Below the pieces are notes generated by a model. That model made no database searches. It saw only the letters and a program-made list of their open reading frames with translations, and was not told the DNA's origin. From the NCBI GenBank assembly GCA_951406725.2, contig OX597824.1:3162001-3226000 (forward strand): a stretch of DNA of 64,000 bases. The letters are read 5' to 3'. The stretch's first letter is position 1. Each line of letters opens with the position of its first letter. Below, piece after piece: positions 26,305 through 39,209 of the stretch. The translations under genes were made by a program, and so were the position numbers. The DNA comes from Octopus vulgaris (lineage: Eukaryota).

Positions 26305-27655
26305 CGTGTACGTGTGTATGTGTACGTGTTTTATGCGTGCGTGTGTGTGCACTCACACACACCACCAACAGTGAGCTTCTAGTCAGTTTTCTGCCAATCA
26401 AATTCACCTACAGCCATTGATCAAACTGGGGACATATTGGAGAATAGACTTGGCCCAAATAACTACACGACGAAACCGAACGTGAAACCACATCATTTCC
26501 AACAGCTCTTCTTAATCACAAAGCTAACCTTTTTAATTTTTCTTGTTTTTCTTTTTTTATTTTCAATCTTTTATTTTCTTGCTCTGTTTTATCATCTTAT
26601 TCCTGCATTTCTTCACTGCTTGTGTCGGGGCGTTGTTTAAGCTCCTTTTGGTTAACTATAGCCTCCATCCTCTGTTAAGTCTCATTGATATCAAAAGAAT
26701 TGTGTGTGGAAAACCTGTCAACGAGCTGTAGGTCACATATAATTGCTTCTCTGTTTGCTTTGTGCAGAAGCATATTGCCATATATGTAAACTGGGGTGAG
26801 AGGGTATGATGTAGTTCCAGACGAAGAAAATCATTGTGAAGCTACCTGCTCTTAATTACACTGCTAAATTTACTAAAGTTCTAAGAAATGTACCAAAACG
26901 ATGTAAATATATTCACCCAAGGCAGTTAATGTTACATAAACCGATAACCTTATATGCAAGAAATCAATAATTCATTTCAACAGAACTCTATTGAACATAA
27001 TCAATTAGCTGAATATACGCTTTTGAGTACGTTGAAGATTGAATTCCAAACTGCAACTGTACTCACGCATACACACACACACTCATTTACTCACACACAA
27101 ATATCTATTTATCTAACTAAATATATATATATATATACGCACATGTAACTATGTATGTATATGTGTATAGATTATGAATGTTATATATGTGTGTATGTGT
27201 GCATATAGATATTTATGTATGTATTCATGAACGTATGTATGTATAGATGCATTATACATCCAGAAGAATTGATCAGGTAATCGTATTAGGCCACAACTAA
27301 GAAATACCTGAGCGTCGGATTCAGAGTATTATGTAACTAGATTTATGCATATTCTTACAAAATGGTCGGTATTGTTTCAGCAAAGAAACCATTTACTAAA
27401 CATCGTGTGACAAAATGTTTCACAAGTGTGAAGTTAGAAATATGTACGAAAGGCAAGGGTGGATAAGAGACAAAGGTGGCGTTTCAGAATGGGAAGTAAA
27501 TTAGTAAGGAGTATGTTTTTGGTTATCGAGAAAAGGGCCACCCAGAGTCAGATGACTGATGGGCATAAAGTCACTGAAACGCTCCACCCTCTGAATTTAA
27601 TTACTAATTTAACTGGGTGCTGTTTTCTATAAGCGATAAAGGATCTCTCGTGATA

Positions 27656-29061
27656 TCAGGTCATCCCATAAGTTTTGTCCGATTTTACTTTTTTTAAAAA
27701 TTGAATGAAATTTAATAGTATTTTGAATGTCTAATGGAATTAAGAATTATTTTTTTGCATTTGTGTACATTTAAAATGATTAGATGTTATTTTACAGAAT
27801 AATAGAATTGAAATTTCTTTGATTAAAACCCTTTCTAACATAGAAGTATACAAAGAACATTTGAGGCACATAATGCTTTATGAGTACAAAAAAGGAAACT
27901 CTGCGGTCGAAGCGATTCGAAACATACACTCAGTTTATGGGAAAGAATGCTTGAATGAAAGAACTTGCAGAAGATGGTTTGCAAAATTCAGAAGTGGAGA
28001 TTTCAGCCTTGAAGATGAAGATCGAACAGGACGTCCAGTTGAGTTTCCTGATAAGCTCCTTGAGACATTACTTGAAGAAAATCCTGCATTATCAGTTGAA
28101 TAGTTGGCAATAAAGCTTAGTTCAAAACATACAATTGTTGATCATCATCTTCAACAACTTGGAAAGGTTCCTAAACTTGGAAAATGGGTGCCTCATGAAT
28201 TGTCCGAAAGCAACTGCAAATCCCCAGTTGACATTTGCTCTTCTCTCCATTCTCGCGAACTCATTTCACCCTTTTTGGATAGACTTGTGACTGGTGACAA
28301 AAAATGGATCTTCTATCGAAATGTTAAATGTCGTAAACAGTGGCTTGGTAAAAGGGAAAAGGCTCAACCACAACCGAGAAGGGAACTTCATAGGAAAAAG
28401 GTTCTTCTCTCTATCTGGTGGGATTTCAAAGGAGTAATTTACTTTCAATTGTTACCACCTAATGCAACAATCAATGCTCATGTCTACTGTCAGTAATTAG
28501 AGCGTTTGAACCAAGCTTTGAAGAAAAAAAAGACCCGCTTCAGTGAATCGAAGAGGAGTGATGTTTCATCAGGACAATGCACGATTCCACACTGCAAAGA
28601 TCCCATCACAGAAGATCGAAGAGCTTGGTTGGGAAAAACTTCCTCATCCACCTTACTCCCCCGATCTTACCCCTTCTGACTTTGTGGTTTACAGAATCAT
28701 CTGAGGGTTATAACTTTCGCAAGCCAGGAGGAGGTCGAAACTGATATTTTAGAGTTCTTCGCTTTGAAACCAAAGGAGTTTTACATTGATAGGATTAAAT
28801 ACTTGTAAATAGATGGAAGAAAGTCATAGATAATCAGGGAAAGTACATTGATAATTAAATTTCGATTAGCACGGAATTTTTAAGTGAACAGGTTGCGGTC
28901 TCAAAGCGACGAAATTATTTTGACAAATTAAATTTATATGTTGAAGTGAATCTAACGGTTTTGTGCGTTTCTTAAATGGCTTATAAACACCTTCCACGCT
29001 GCAATTAATTTTATCACTTGTTTTCTTTATTTAAAATTCAGATAGAACTTATGGGATGACT

Positions 29062-29064
<3 letters not shown>
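27656..29064 (+). mobile_element. Full-length defective mariner (Mos1/SETMAR-like) DNA transposon
   Basis: TIRs TCAGGTCATCCCATAAGTTTTGTC / GATAGAACTTATGGGATGACTTGA with TA on both sides. Transposase motifs HLRHIMLYEY, WVPHEL, LVTGDKKW, HQDNAR, HPPYSPDL; stops and frameshifts. Carries a nested insert at 28868-29005. Confidence 0.93.
28877..28927 (+). ncRNA. Second G3/C8 hammerhead-like motif, stem I eroded
   Basis: UUUUUAA GUGAACA G GUUGC ggucucaaa GCGAC GAAA UUAUUU UGACAAA. Confidence 0.5.
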
Positions 29065-29107
<43 letters not shown>

Positions 29108-29109
<2 letters not shown>

Positions 29110-29291
29110 CCATGATAGATCGTTAGCCACTACACACATTTTTTTCTCTCCTTGTTTTTTCCGTGTCTCTTTCTGCAGAAGAGCGTAGGCTCGAAACGTA
29201 AAAGACTTTTTCTATTCCTGAGAGTTTTACTAATACATCTGTTTGTTTTCTACATCACCTGTCTTCGTCTTTTGTTTTTTCGTAAACTCTA

Positions 29292-29293
<2 letters not shown>
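29108..29293 (+). repeat. ~190-nt (TA)n-embedded repeat with a minimal hammerhead-like motif (29168-29205)
   Basis: UCUUU CUGCAGA A GAGC guag GCUC GAA ACGU A AAAGA. Relatives at 30586-30750 (-), 43020-43240 (+), 44305-44505 (-), 56418-56528 (+, partial). Confidence 0.75.
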
Positions 29294-29346
<53 letters not shown>

Positions 29347-29357
29347 TTTTATTTATA

Positions 29358-29419
<62 letters not shown>

Positions 29420-29755
29420 TTGGACAAGCACGTATACAAAGTATGATATCATTTATAAAAGATGTTTCATAAACGTCGCATAAATATATTTGGCAAAGGA
29501 AGAGTTATAGCTCTTTGCGTCTATTTCAAAGACTCAGTGATTGGTCGATATAATAATATGCATTTATGCAATTGGGTGTCCAAGCTGAATCAATAACAAA
29601 ACAAGTAGAACTTATCATCGACTCAAATACATGATACTTTGATATGTTCAATCTGGAAGCGTTGAAGCGTCGGATTTTCTCAAGTATCTGGACTAATCCA
29701 AGCACTAGACAGAGCTGTTAGGCAGACAGACGAACAGACAGTCAACCAGACTATA

Positions 29756-29824
<69 letters not shown>

Positions 29825-29842
29825 CACATATATATATATATA

Positions 29843-29892
29843 GGGATGGTATTATTAAAATACCACCACGAGTGGTAAGCAAATTATCAGCC

Positions 29893-29928
<36 letters not shown>

Positions 29929-29975
29929 ATGGTATTATTAAAATACCACCACGAGTGGTAAGCAAATTATCAGCC

Positions 29976-30025
<50 letters not shown>

Positions 30026-30073
30026 ATGGTATTATTAAAATACCACCACGAGTGGTAAGCAAATTATCAGCCG
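29843..30073. repeat. Three identical 51-bp units separated by (TA)n
   Basis: GGGATGGTATTATTAAAATACCACCACGAGTGGTAAGCAAATTATCAGCCG at 29843, 29926 and 30023. Confidence 0.95.
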
Positions 30074-30528
30074 TGTATATATATATATATATATATATGG
30101 TGGGGGGATGTTGTGCATTTGTGTGTGTGTAAATGTGTACATGTATGTACTATGATATGATAATTCCATTAATTTTCAATTTTGCATGCTAGACTCTACG
30201 TACTCAGTAACCGCATTCATCTTATCGATTATATTTCTTAAAATTCTATTGATGTGAATTACTGATTTAAGGTAATCACGATATTATTAATTGCCACGAG
30301 CAAATATATTTACATGATATTCGTATATTTCTGAGAACTTCAGCTAACAAATTAAATACAGTATTAAAAGCAAGCAGTTTCTCAATTACCAATATCCATT
30401 TAGCTGAAGGAAGTTAATACACTTACGATGGCTCATAGGTATACCCGGTGATAAAGTAAGTAATCTCGTATTTGCATTAATTACTTGAGGTACGTCTGAA
30501 AAGTTTAGAGTTCAACTTACATATATAC

Positions 30529-30585
<57 letters not shown>

Positions 30586-30587
<2 letters not shown>

Positions 30588-30750
30588 GGGAGAGTTTACG
30601 AAAAAAACAAAAGACGAAGACAGATGTATTAGTATAACGCTCAGGAATAGAAAAAGTCTCTTACGTTTCGAGCCTATGCTCTTCTACAGAAAGAGACACA
30701 GAAAAAACAAGGAGAGAAAACAAATGGGTGTAGTGGCTAACGATCTATCA
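30586..30750 (-). repeat. Copy of the 29108 family with minimal hammerhead-like motif (30656-30697)
   Basis: RNA: GUCUCUUU CUGUAGA A GAGC auag GCUC GAA ACGU A AGAGAC. Confidence 0.72.
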
Positions 30751-31029
30751 CACACACACATATATATATATATACATAAGATAATAAATGGTATGGTATA
30801 CACCTGGTAGCTTACCGGTAAAGCACGTTCATTTTCACGGTGTTTGTTGAGTATTTGATTAATGAGAAAGATGGAAGATAGAAGACACGAAAATGTTTAA
30901 TGGTCACTACAAGTGTTCTGACCCATCTTGCATCGATCTCTTATTGGAGTATAATGAGTCCTCTATAAAGCTAAGTGCTTTATGGGTGCGAAATCATTGG
31001 TTACTCTATGACCGGACACATTAAAACAC

Positions 31030-31690
31030 GATTATCTGATCATTAAGTATCCGGACTGTTGCCATAGTAACGTAGCAAAAGGACACAGTGAAGCCGCTTG
31101 GCAAACATTGACCCTGAACACTGCTCTGCATATGCACTCAGTTTTATCGTTTTAGCTCACTCCCCCAGCTTACAGCAGTGTTCGGAAGTAACGCGCGTAA
31201 CGTGTGATCGTCGAATTGACCATGACAGACAAAGTAGCCATGGCGATACCTGCTCAGAAGCCTACGCAAAGTTACAGAAAGTGTGTGGAAAGGAGTGTGG
31301 GAGCCGCACACAAGTGTACGAGTGGTTCAGACGTTTCCAAGATGGCCGAAAAATGTCGATATTGACGAACGTTCTGGGAGACCCGCAACCAGCAGAACTG
31401 ATAAAAATATCGCGGATGACCGTGAAGCTGTGAGGGGAAATTGTCGAATCACCATTTGTGAGTTATCAGAGGATGTGCTGTATAGTTACGCTTCAATTCA
31501 GCTTTTTATTGCCGAAGATTTGGGTATGAAACCTGTGTCTGCCAAGTGTGTGCCAGGGCTACTTTCAGCTGACCAAAAGAACCCTCGGCTTTCAGTTGCA
31601 TAACATCTCCTTGGTTGTGTCGAGAACGATGAAAACCTTTTGAAAACTTCGCATTGGCCTCTGAGCAGGTATTGCCAAGCTTTTGGCAAT
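31030..31690 (+). mobile_element. Mariner-derived non-autonomous element with long inverted arms (partial)
   Basis: HTH-region remnants (RTQVYEWFRRF, ERSGRPATS, SAKCVP.LL). From about 31650 the start of the inverted arm follows. Same family at 43695-44185. Confidence 0.8.
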
Positions 31691-32355
31691 ATTTAGTAAG
31701 GGAGTGAGTAACCTTTGGACTTGTTGAAAACATGATACCTTTTTTGGTGCTGACGTCACAGACAAAGCGCCCAGTACATTCAGTAATGTGGCTAGAGTGA
31801 GAAAGACATTTAGGTACAGACACCATGCCACAAATGTAATGCGAACAATATGCGCTCCCTCCAACCAAGGTAGGGGAGAAGTGCCCTTGTTCATGCATTA
31901 ACGCCAACTGTGGCAATCAGTCTAACCCATACCAGCATGGCAAGTGGATGTAAAATGACGATGACGATGATGATGATGATGATGATGATGTTATGATGAT
32001 GATGTTATGATGATGATGATGAGGATGAGGATGTTATGATGATGATGTTGATGATGATGATAATGGTAATAATGAAGGTAGCAATGACATATCATTTCTT
32101 TTTCTAATCAAGAAAAATCATTGTTTTGTAATTAAATCTCCGTAATTTTAATTAATGAAACATACTAATTCAGTAAAATATTGTGTTGGTTTTAGTTGCT
32201 TATCACCTAATTTCAAATTTTATTATTGGCTGTGAAAATGAAAGTTAAAAATGCTGAAGCAAGAATTAACTTTATTAATTGATAATATTCTTTTAATGTC
32301 TTTAAGAACATAGAATTTTTGTGAAGTGTGAAGAATACTTTTTGGTATTTTTAAG

Positions 32356-32429
32356 GATTTTCTTGGTTATTTGGAATGTACCCTTGGAGAAATCGTTGGA
32401 TGTGGTAGCAAACTGGAAAAGAAACTGCT
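32356..32429 (+). CDS. CPNE8: Copine exon, C2A end: DFLGYLECTLGEIVGCGSKLEKKL(L)
   Basis: tttttAAG acceptor, CT|GTAAGT donor. DFLG...CTLGEIVG copine motif. Confidence 0.93.
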
Positions 32430-32482
32430 GTAAGTATAAATTTTATTTATATGTATATGTATTGAATATTTGATTATAAACT

Positions 32483-32527
<45 letters not shown>

Positions 32528-32604
32528 GTATATATATATACACATGTACATATGTACATGTATATATGTATATATGTATATTCATATATATATATGCATG
32601 TATG

Positions 32605-32648
<44 letters not shown>

Positions 32649-32683
32649 TGTGTGTGTGTATATATATATATATATACATGCAC

Positions 32684-32712
<29 letters not shown>

Positions 32713-32715
<3 letters not shown>

Positions 32716-33914
32716 GAAGGGGTGCCCAAAAGTGACCGGAAAGTTCTCTGTGGGACAAACTAGTTGTAGTTCGGGCTTCTGCCGCTAGAAGCCACTTGAT
32801 GCAATCCTCAGGTAGCAATCTGCTGAGGTCGAACTGTCACGTGATGCGTCTTTGTTTTGCAATGCTTCTCTCCTGCTCGTCGATCTGAAAATATGGAAGA
32901 GCGTGCTTCCGGGAAATTCTGTTTTCTGTCGGGGTAGAAGGCGGCCGAAACAGTTGTCATGCTTCAAAAAACTTTACAAGGATGATGTCATGGACAAAAC
33001 ACAGGTTTACGAGTGGTTTTCACGCTTTAAGAATGGTCACGTGTCGCTTGAAGATCAATCTCGTTTAGGGTGACCGTCGACCTCTCGAACGAATGAAAAC
33101 ATCGCGAAAACTCATGAATTAATCTTGGAGGACTGTTGCCGAACTTGATATGACTGGTGTATCCTGGAACTGCTACCAACGAATTTTGAGGGAGGAATTG
33201 TGGATGAAAAGAGCTGCAGCAAAATGCGTGCCTTGCTTGCTCTCACGAAAGACCAAAGCAGTCACGATTGAATGCGCGTTGTGAACCGAAAGAGCAGTTG
33301 GAAGTTGCTCTGAACCTTTTTCCGAAGGCTATCATTGGTGACGAAAGCTGGTGCTACCGCTACGAACCGGAAGCGAAGCGTCATATGAAGTCCAATGTCA
33401 AGATGACACTGATTTGTTTCATCGATGTGAAAGGAATTGTCCACACAGAATTTGTTCCTCCTGGTCAAACTACTTACCAGACATTTAACTCGGCAGTTCT
33501 GGAGCAATTTGCGAGGCGCAATGAGACGTGAATGTCCCGAGCTGTGTCCGAGTGGAGAGTGGTAGTTACATCACGACAATACCCACAAAATGGGGATGAC
33601 CTCGCATACCCACCTTCCCTATTCGCGCGATCCTGCTCTCTGTGACTTCCTCCTGTTCCCCCGATTGAAAGATCTCTTTAAGAGAAAACGTTTTGCAGAT
33701 GTGGAACAGGGGAAGAATGCAATGACGGAGGCGTTAAAAGACATCACTTCGAAAGTGTTATTTCCAGGACTGCTTCGAACTGTGGAGAACGTTCCTGGAC
33801 CAATGCATTCCTTCAAATGGAGAATACTTTGAAGGTAATAAAAGTCTTAACATGCAAAACTAAGTGAATAAAATAATATTGCAAAATTCCTGTCTTTTGG
33901 GGTACCCCCTCGTG
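32713..33914 (+). mobile_element. Defective mariner DNA transposon
   Basis: TIRs CACGAAGGGGTGCCCAAAAG / CTTTTGGGGTACCCCCTCGTG. Motifs TQVYEWFSRFK, IIGDESWCY, MTLICFID.KGIVHTEFVP, HLPYSRD.A.CDF.LFPRLK. Confidence 0.9.
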
Positions 33915-33953
33915 CATATATATATACTTGCATATATACACACACACATATAC

Positions 33954-34031
<78 letters not shown>

Positions 34032-34061
34032 ATATATACACATATATATATGTATACATAC

Positions 34062-34147
<86 letters not shown>

Positions 34148-34149
34148 AC

Positions 34150-34217
<68 letters not shown>

Positions 34218-35003
34218 CTGTATTGTAATATATTTCTTTCTAGAAATCTATCTCGCTATATTCTATTTTGTAGCAGAGATGCAGAGCGCTCAAAACTGGC
34301 CTGCATAAGGTTCGTAGAGCATATTATATATAGATATATGTTTAATATACATGTATTATATATATATAAATATATGGTCAAGATAGATATATAAAATTTT
34401 TGAATAAACGCCTTAGTGTCTATACATGAACATATATAGACACTAAGGCGTTTATTCCATGAACATATATAGACACTAAGGCGTTTATACATGAACATAT
34501 ATGTATATATATGGAGAGAGAGAGAGATGGGGAGAGATGGAGACAGAGAGAGATGAGGGAGGAAAGATTGTATACTTGTGTATAGAAGAATGAGAGAAAG
34601 CATTCAAGAGATGCATTAAAATATACTAATTCCTTCTTAATAGATGATTTATTCCCATTTTAATTTAAGTTTATGTATTCATTATCTGAATAAATGCATA
34701 TAACGCTCTAGCGTTCACTGAATACATTGAGGCAAATTTTCTACAGCCGGATGCCCATTTCATCGCCAACCCTAGTCTCTTTCCAACTAACGTCATATTT
34801 TCCAATAACGAGACACCTTTTCCGCAATGACATTGCTTGTATGAGAATGACACTCATTTATACACCAATCAAGCGATGTTAAGACATGGGGACACAAACA
34901 TACTCACACACACACAGGATCACACATACATACACACACACATGCATACATGTATATATTTATACATGTGCCTGTGTGTGTAAGTATGTAGGTATATATG
35001 TGC

Positions 35004-35048
35004 CTGATGAGGCAACGGAAATTGCCGAAACTGAATTCAGTATAAGGA
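35004..35048 (+). ncRNA. Hammerhead core with intact stems II and III but no stem I partner
   Basis: CUGAUGA GGCAA cggaaa UUGCC GAA ACUGAAUUCAGU A uaagga. Upstream AUGUGC does not pair with UAAGGA. Confidence 0.7.
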
Positions 35049-36260
35049 ATTCTCAAACGGTGTTTCCAGACAATTATAGTCCTTGTCTGTATGCATTTAT
35101 ACAATTATGTGCTTTGATTACAGTATGAGTGCATTTTAGCACTTATGTCTAGCAATATAGGCTTTTCTAACACCCAAGTCACGTTTAAGGGCAGTTATAA
35201 TTTTCCTTTTTGGTAAAACATTGCAAACTGCTGTCTATTTTAATTTTATGTTTATACATTAGGGATTCCCTAAATCTTTTCAGTTTGGCTGCCACTTAAC
35301 AATTTTTGTTCTAACTGCTCTAAAATTTGACGTATTGGTGTAGTTTTGTAAAGTAATCAGTGACATGAAATTCATTTTCGCTATAAATCAATAAAAGTAA
35401 ATGTCTTTTTATGGTTCCAAATGTTGAGTAATTTTAGCCACTCGAAAGCCACAGACATATAGGTGCCTGTTTCCATTGTAACAATCCAAGGTGTCACCAA
35501 TCTGCTCTCTGCGTGTTCTTGTTGCCACTTATTAAATGCTTAAAACAATGTGGTATGAGGTGTGCTAAAAATAACCGCTAAATAGGCCTTACATCACGTA
35601 CGAAATTATTTTTCTTTTTGTATAATCGTGTGAATTTCCGTGTATAGAATACAAATTCGCAAAAAATTTTCTTAAAATTTCAAAGTTATAAAATTTAAAG
35701 TTATAAGGGGTTCCTTGGGTAAAACAGAATTCCGCCAATATTTCATTTGTTTGCAGTTGACAACACCTGCTGTCCCGCACAAAATGACTGTTTCCAAATC
35801 CTGTTTTCTGATTGGATTAAAGTTATCAAATTTTAAACCCGTGTAAAATTTCTGGAAAAGGTATCTCCTGAGATTCAGCGTGGAAACTTACATCAATGCA
35901 CCAAATTTTAACATTTTCTGCAAAGTTTGAAATTTCCCCACGTGCAGTTAAACAGAAAACACCCCCAAATTGTTCAGAAGTTCACTTTGCACTCATATAA
36001 CCCAGAGTTCGATACTAGTGTTCGGCGATTTCAGAAATTTAATTTGTTTTTTACCGCAGTCTCAAGTCAACACAAAGTTTATGAAGGAAACATGCTACAC
36101 TGTATAGAACTCTGTTGACAGGTTGTACCAGTAATTCCAAGGCCATTATAGCACACGGCTGATGGCGGTGATGGAGACGGTGATAGCGAAGGTGGTGGTA
36201 GTAGAGTGCTGCTGCTGGTGGGGGTAATAATGATTAGGAGGAGGAGGAAGACAATGAATG

Positions 36261-36321
<61 letters not shown>

Positions 36322-36715
36322 GACGACGACGACGATGATGAAGTTCTATATATGGAAGAATTAATTTGTGATGGAATTAAGTGGAATAATTTTTCTGTTG
36401 TTTTTTTTAATATTTTTTTATCATATCGTTGATTTCCAACATCTCCCATCCTGACATATACGAATCATGATGTAAATCTGCCATTCTTGAGATACAATTC
36501 TTGTCTGATTTTCAATGATACGCTGAGTTGCGTTCGCTATTCTAGGTCACAAGTCATCTGCAAATTAAGATTATTCGGGAAAATAGTATCCTATACAGGT
36601 CTCCATAAAATACGGTTGACGTGATTATCCAGTTTCAATTGGCAATGATAAAATAGATTTATTGGGTTTCTAAGTATTCTTACCTCATCAATCTTACAAT
36701 ATATATATATGTAGT

Positions 36716-36751
<36 letters not shown>

Positions 36752-36787
36752 CATATATATATATATATACATATATATGTATGTATG

Positions 36788-36820
<33 letters not shown>

Positions 36821-36970
36821 GATATATATGTATGTGCATATATATATATATGTATGTATGTGTATATACATATATATATATACATATATATGTATGTATG
36901 TGTATATATATATATATATATACATATATATGTATGTATGTATGTGTATATATATATATATATATATAAA

Positions 36971-37025
<55 letters not shown>

Positions 37026-38104
37026 ATATATATAATATATATTTATATATATATAAAACTAAATTTATAAGAATTTTAAATTTAAATTTATGCAGGGGTT
37101 TTATAATAAATTTGTATATTTTAAACTAAATTAATTTCCCCACTTCGTGGGCCCTGTAGGCTTGGTCCTGTATCTGCAGTTGCCCAAAACGTTATGAGTG
37201 AAGTAGGTAGAGAGAAACTATAAAAGCCCATCTTTATATGTGTGTGTGTAAATATGTTCATGCATCTCACTGCAAGAGTATAAATTTGTGTGAATGAGTT
37301 CATACTTCTCTTGTCTTCACGTGTCTTTATCGATTGTAAACAATGGCCTTACTGACCGTGTCATTTGCGGAAGCGTGTCCTCCGCGATACGTGTCCACTC
37401 CGAAGCGAAAGCGGGTCTTGATTTCATGACATGTTGCATTATCTTCGTAAGCAAAATGCATATTCAAACGGTGTCGTTTGTTTCCTTTTCCCTGCATAAC
37501 TTGTGTCCGGGCTGTTCGATAGCGTCGGCGATTATTATCTTGCTCGAAAACAGGTAAGGGTAGGCAACAGGAACAGCATTCGACGAAAACGCTCAAAATA
37601 TACTGCCCTCAACATACTGACATCCACTATTCCATACTTGACCAACGCAAGGTGGTGATGGTGATGGTGGTGGTGGTAGTGGTTTTGGTGGTGGTGGTGG
37701 TTTTCTTGGTGGTGCTGCTGTTGGTGGTTTTAGTGTGGGGTGGGGTGGTTTTGGTGGAGGGAGTGGTTTTGGTGGCAGTGGTGGTTTTGGTGGAGGTATT
37801 GGTGGTGGTGATGGTGGTGGTGGTGGTGGTGGCAATAATGATTATGATGATGACGAAGATTTTCTTAGTGTATTTAAGAGCTGAATGTAAAATATTGTGT
37901 ATTGCATTTGCTGAAGATTGTTTGAGAGTGGCGCGTATAGTCTGAATGAACTGGCCTACGTTGAGCATGTGCCGGTACACTAGGGGATGTGAACTTAGAA
38001 TGCGTGCTTGCCTTAGTGACCCGTAGGGCCTCCCCTAACTTCTGTGGAATTGTTCCTTAGTTAAATGCAAAACATGGAGGATGGAGACAATAATGTTTAC
38101 GTCC

Positions 38105-38760
38105 ATTCTTAACACGATCTGCAAAACTCGAACACAATTTGTTTTTATAGAATTCGTCTAGGAGAACGACACCTTCCTATTAACGCTCTATGTAAACAAA
38201 CCACTGATTCCAAGTAACAGTGAATAGTCAGACACCGGTGTTTCGGCATAGTTGTGCCTTCTCAGTGATAGATACTACCAGGTCATCTGCTAGAACACAG
38301 GAACAACTACTGTCACATACAGAAATCAGCGAATATTTACTGATATATGCACAAAGACATCATTTGAAACGAGGACATTCTGTAGAAAGAAGTCATTCTC
38401 CGTGACGAAATCCGACACCAAAAAGCTATGTTCACATTCAGGTCCACCGGAATGTGTACATTAATATCCTGACCCATGAATATCTGCGTTACAGGTTCGA
38501 ACACACATAAGCATACGTTTTGCCTATTGATTACTATAGTTATGAACCGTTGTTCCCATCTAACTCCAAAGGACTAAGTGATATCTGTCACTGAGGAGCG
38601 ATAACCATGTAGAAACGCCGGTGTCTGATAGTCCACTAATGTCACCTGGAATGCGTGCATTCACCCACATTGTCTAGAAGGAGAAGTTGTTCTCTGAGAA
38701 GAAATCCAACAGCAAAACGCTATGTTCATGCTTGAGTCTTTCAGAACATGTTAACAGTAT
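38105..38760. repeat. Degenerate inverted/tandem ~200-250-nt units, the two outer ones carrying hammerhead motifs
   Basis: Minus 38225-38271: UAUCA CUGAGAA GGCA caacua UGCC GAA ACACCGGUGU C UGAC. Plus 38585-38631: CUGUCA CUGAGGA ... GAA ACGCCGGUGU C UGAUAG. Their downstream sequences resemble each other and 38375-38465. Confidence 0.68.
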
Positions 38761-38898
38761 ATGTACACATCGTTGCTTACTAAATATCATAAAGTGTTTT
38801 TATAGTTCATGTCTTTAGTTGAAATTGATTTCATGTTTACTTGATGTTCACTAAAAATGTATTTATGCCACTAATGTGAAAATGATTCTAATTTTCAG

Positions 38899-38930
38899 AG
38901 GAAGTGCAATTGACAATGGAAAAATTATCT
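38899..38930 (+). CDS. CPNE8: Copine 32-nt micro-exon (linker): GSAIDNGKII
   Basis: ctaattttcAG acceptor, T|GTAAGT donor. Phase 2 to 1 joins the 29-nt exon to give NGKIILRAEE, compared with CGTIILTAEE in vertebrate copines. Confidence 0.82.
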
Positions 38931-38996
38931 GTAAGTACTTATTAAATATATAGAATATAGGTTATATTAATAATAATAAAAATAATAATAATAATA

Positions 38997-39107
<111 letters not shown>

Positions 39108-39140
39108 TTATGATAAATAATGATGATGATGATGATGATG

Positions 39141-39206
<66 letters not shown>

Positions 39207-39209
<3 letters not shown>

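Noticed and set aside
29843-30073. CRISPR-like repeat-spacer look
   Set aside because: Spacers are pure (TA)n, the context is a eukaryotic intron, and no cas genes are present.
37593-37980. Pro-rich, Thr-rich or Val-rich ORFs
   Set aside because: Degenerate (GGT)n repeat with no splice or domain support.
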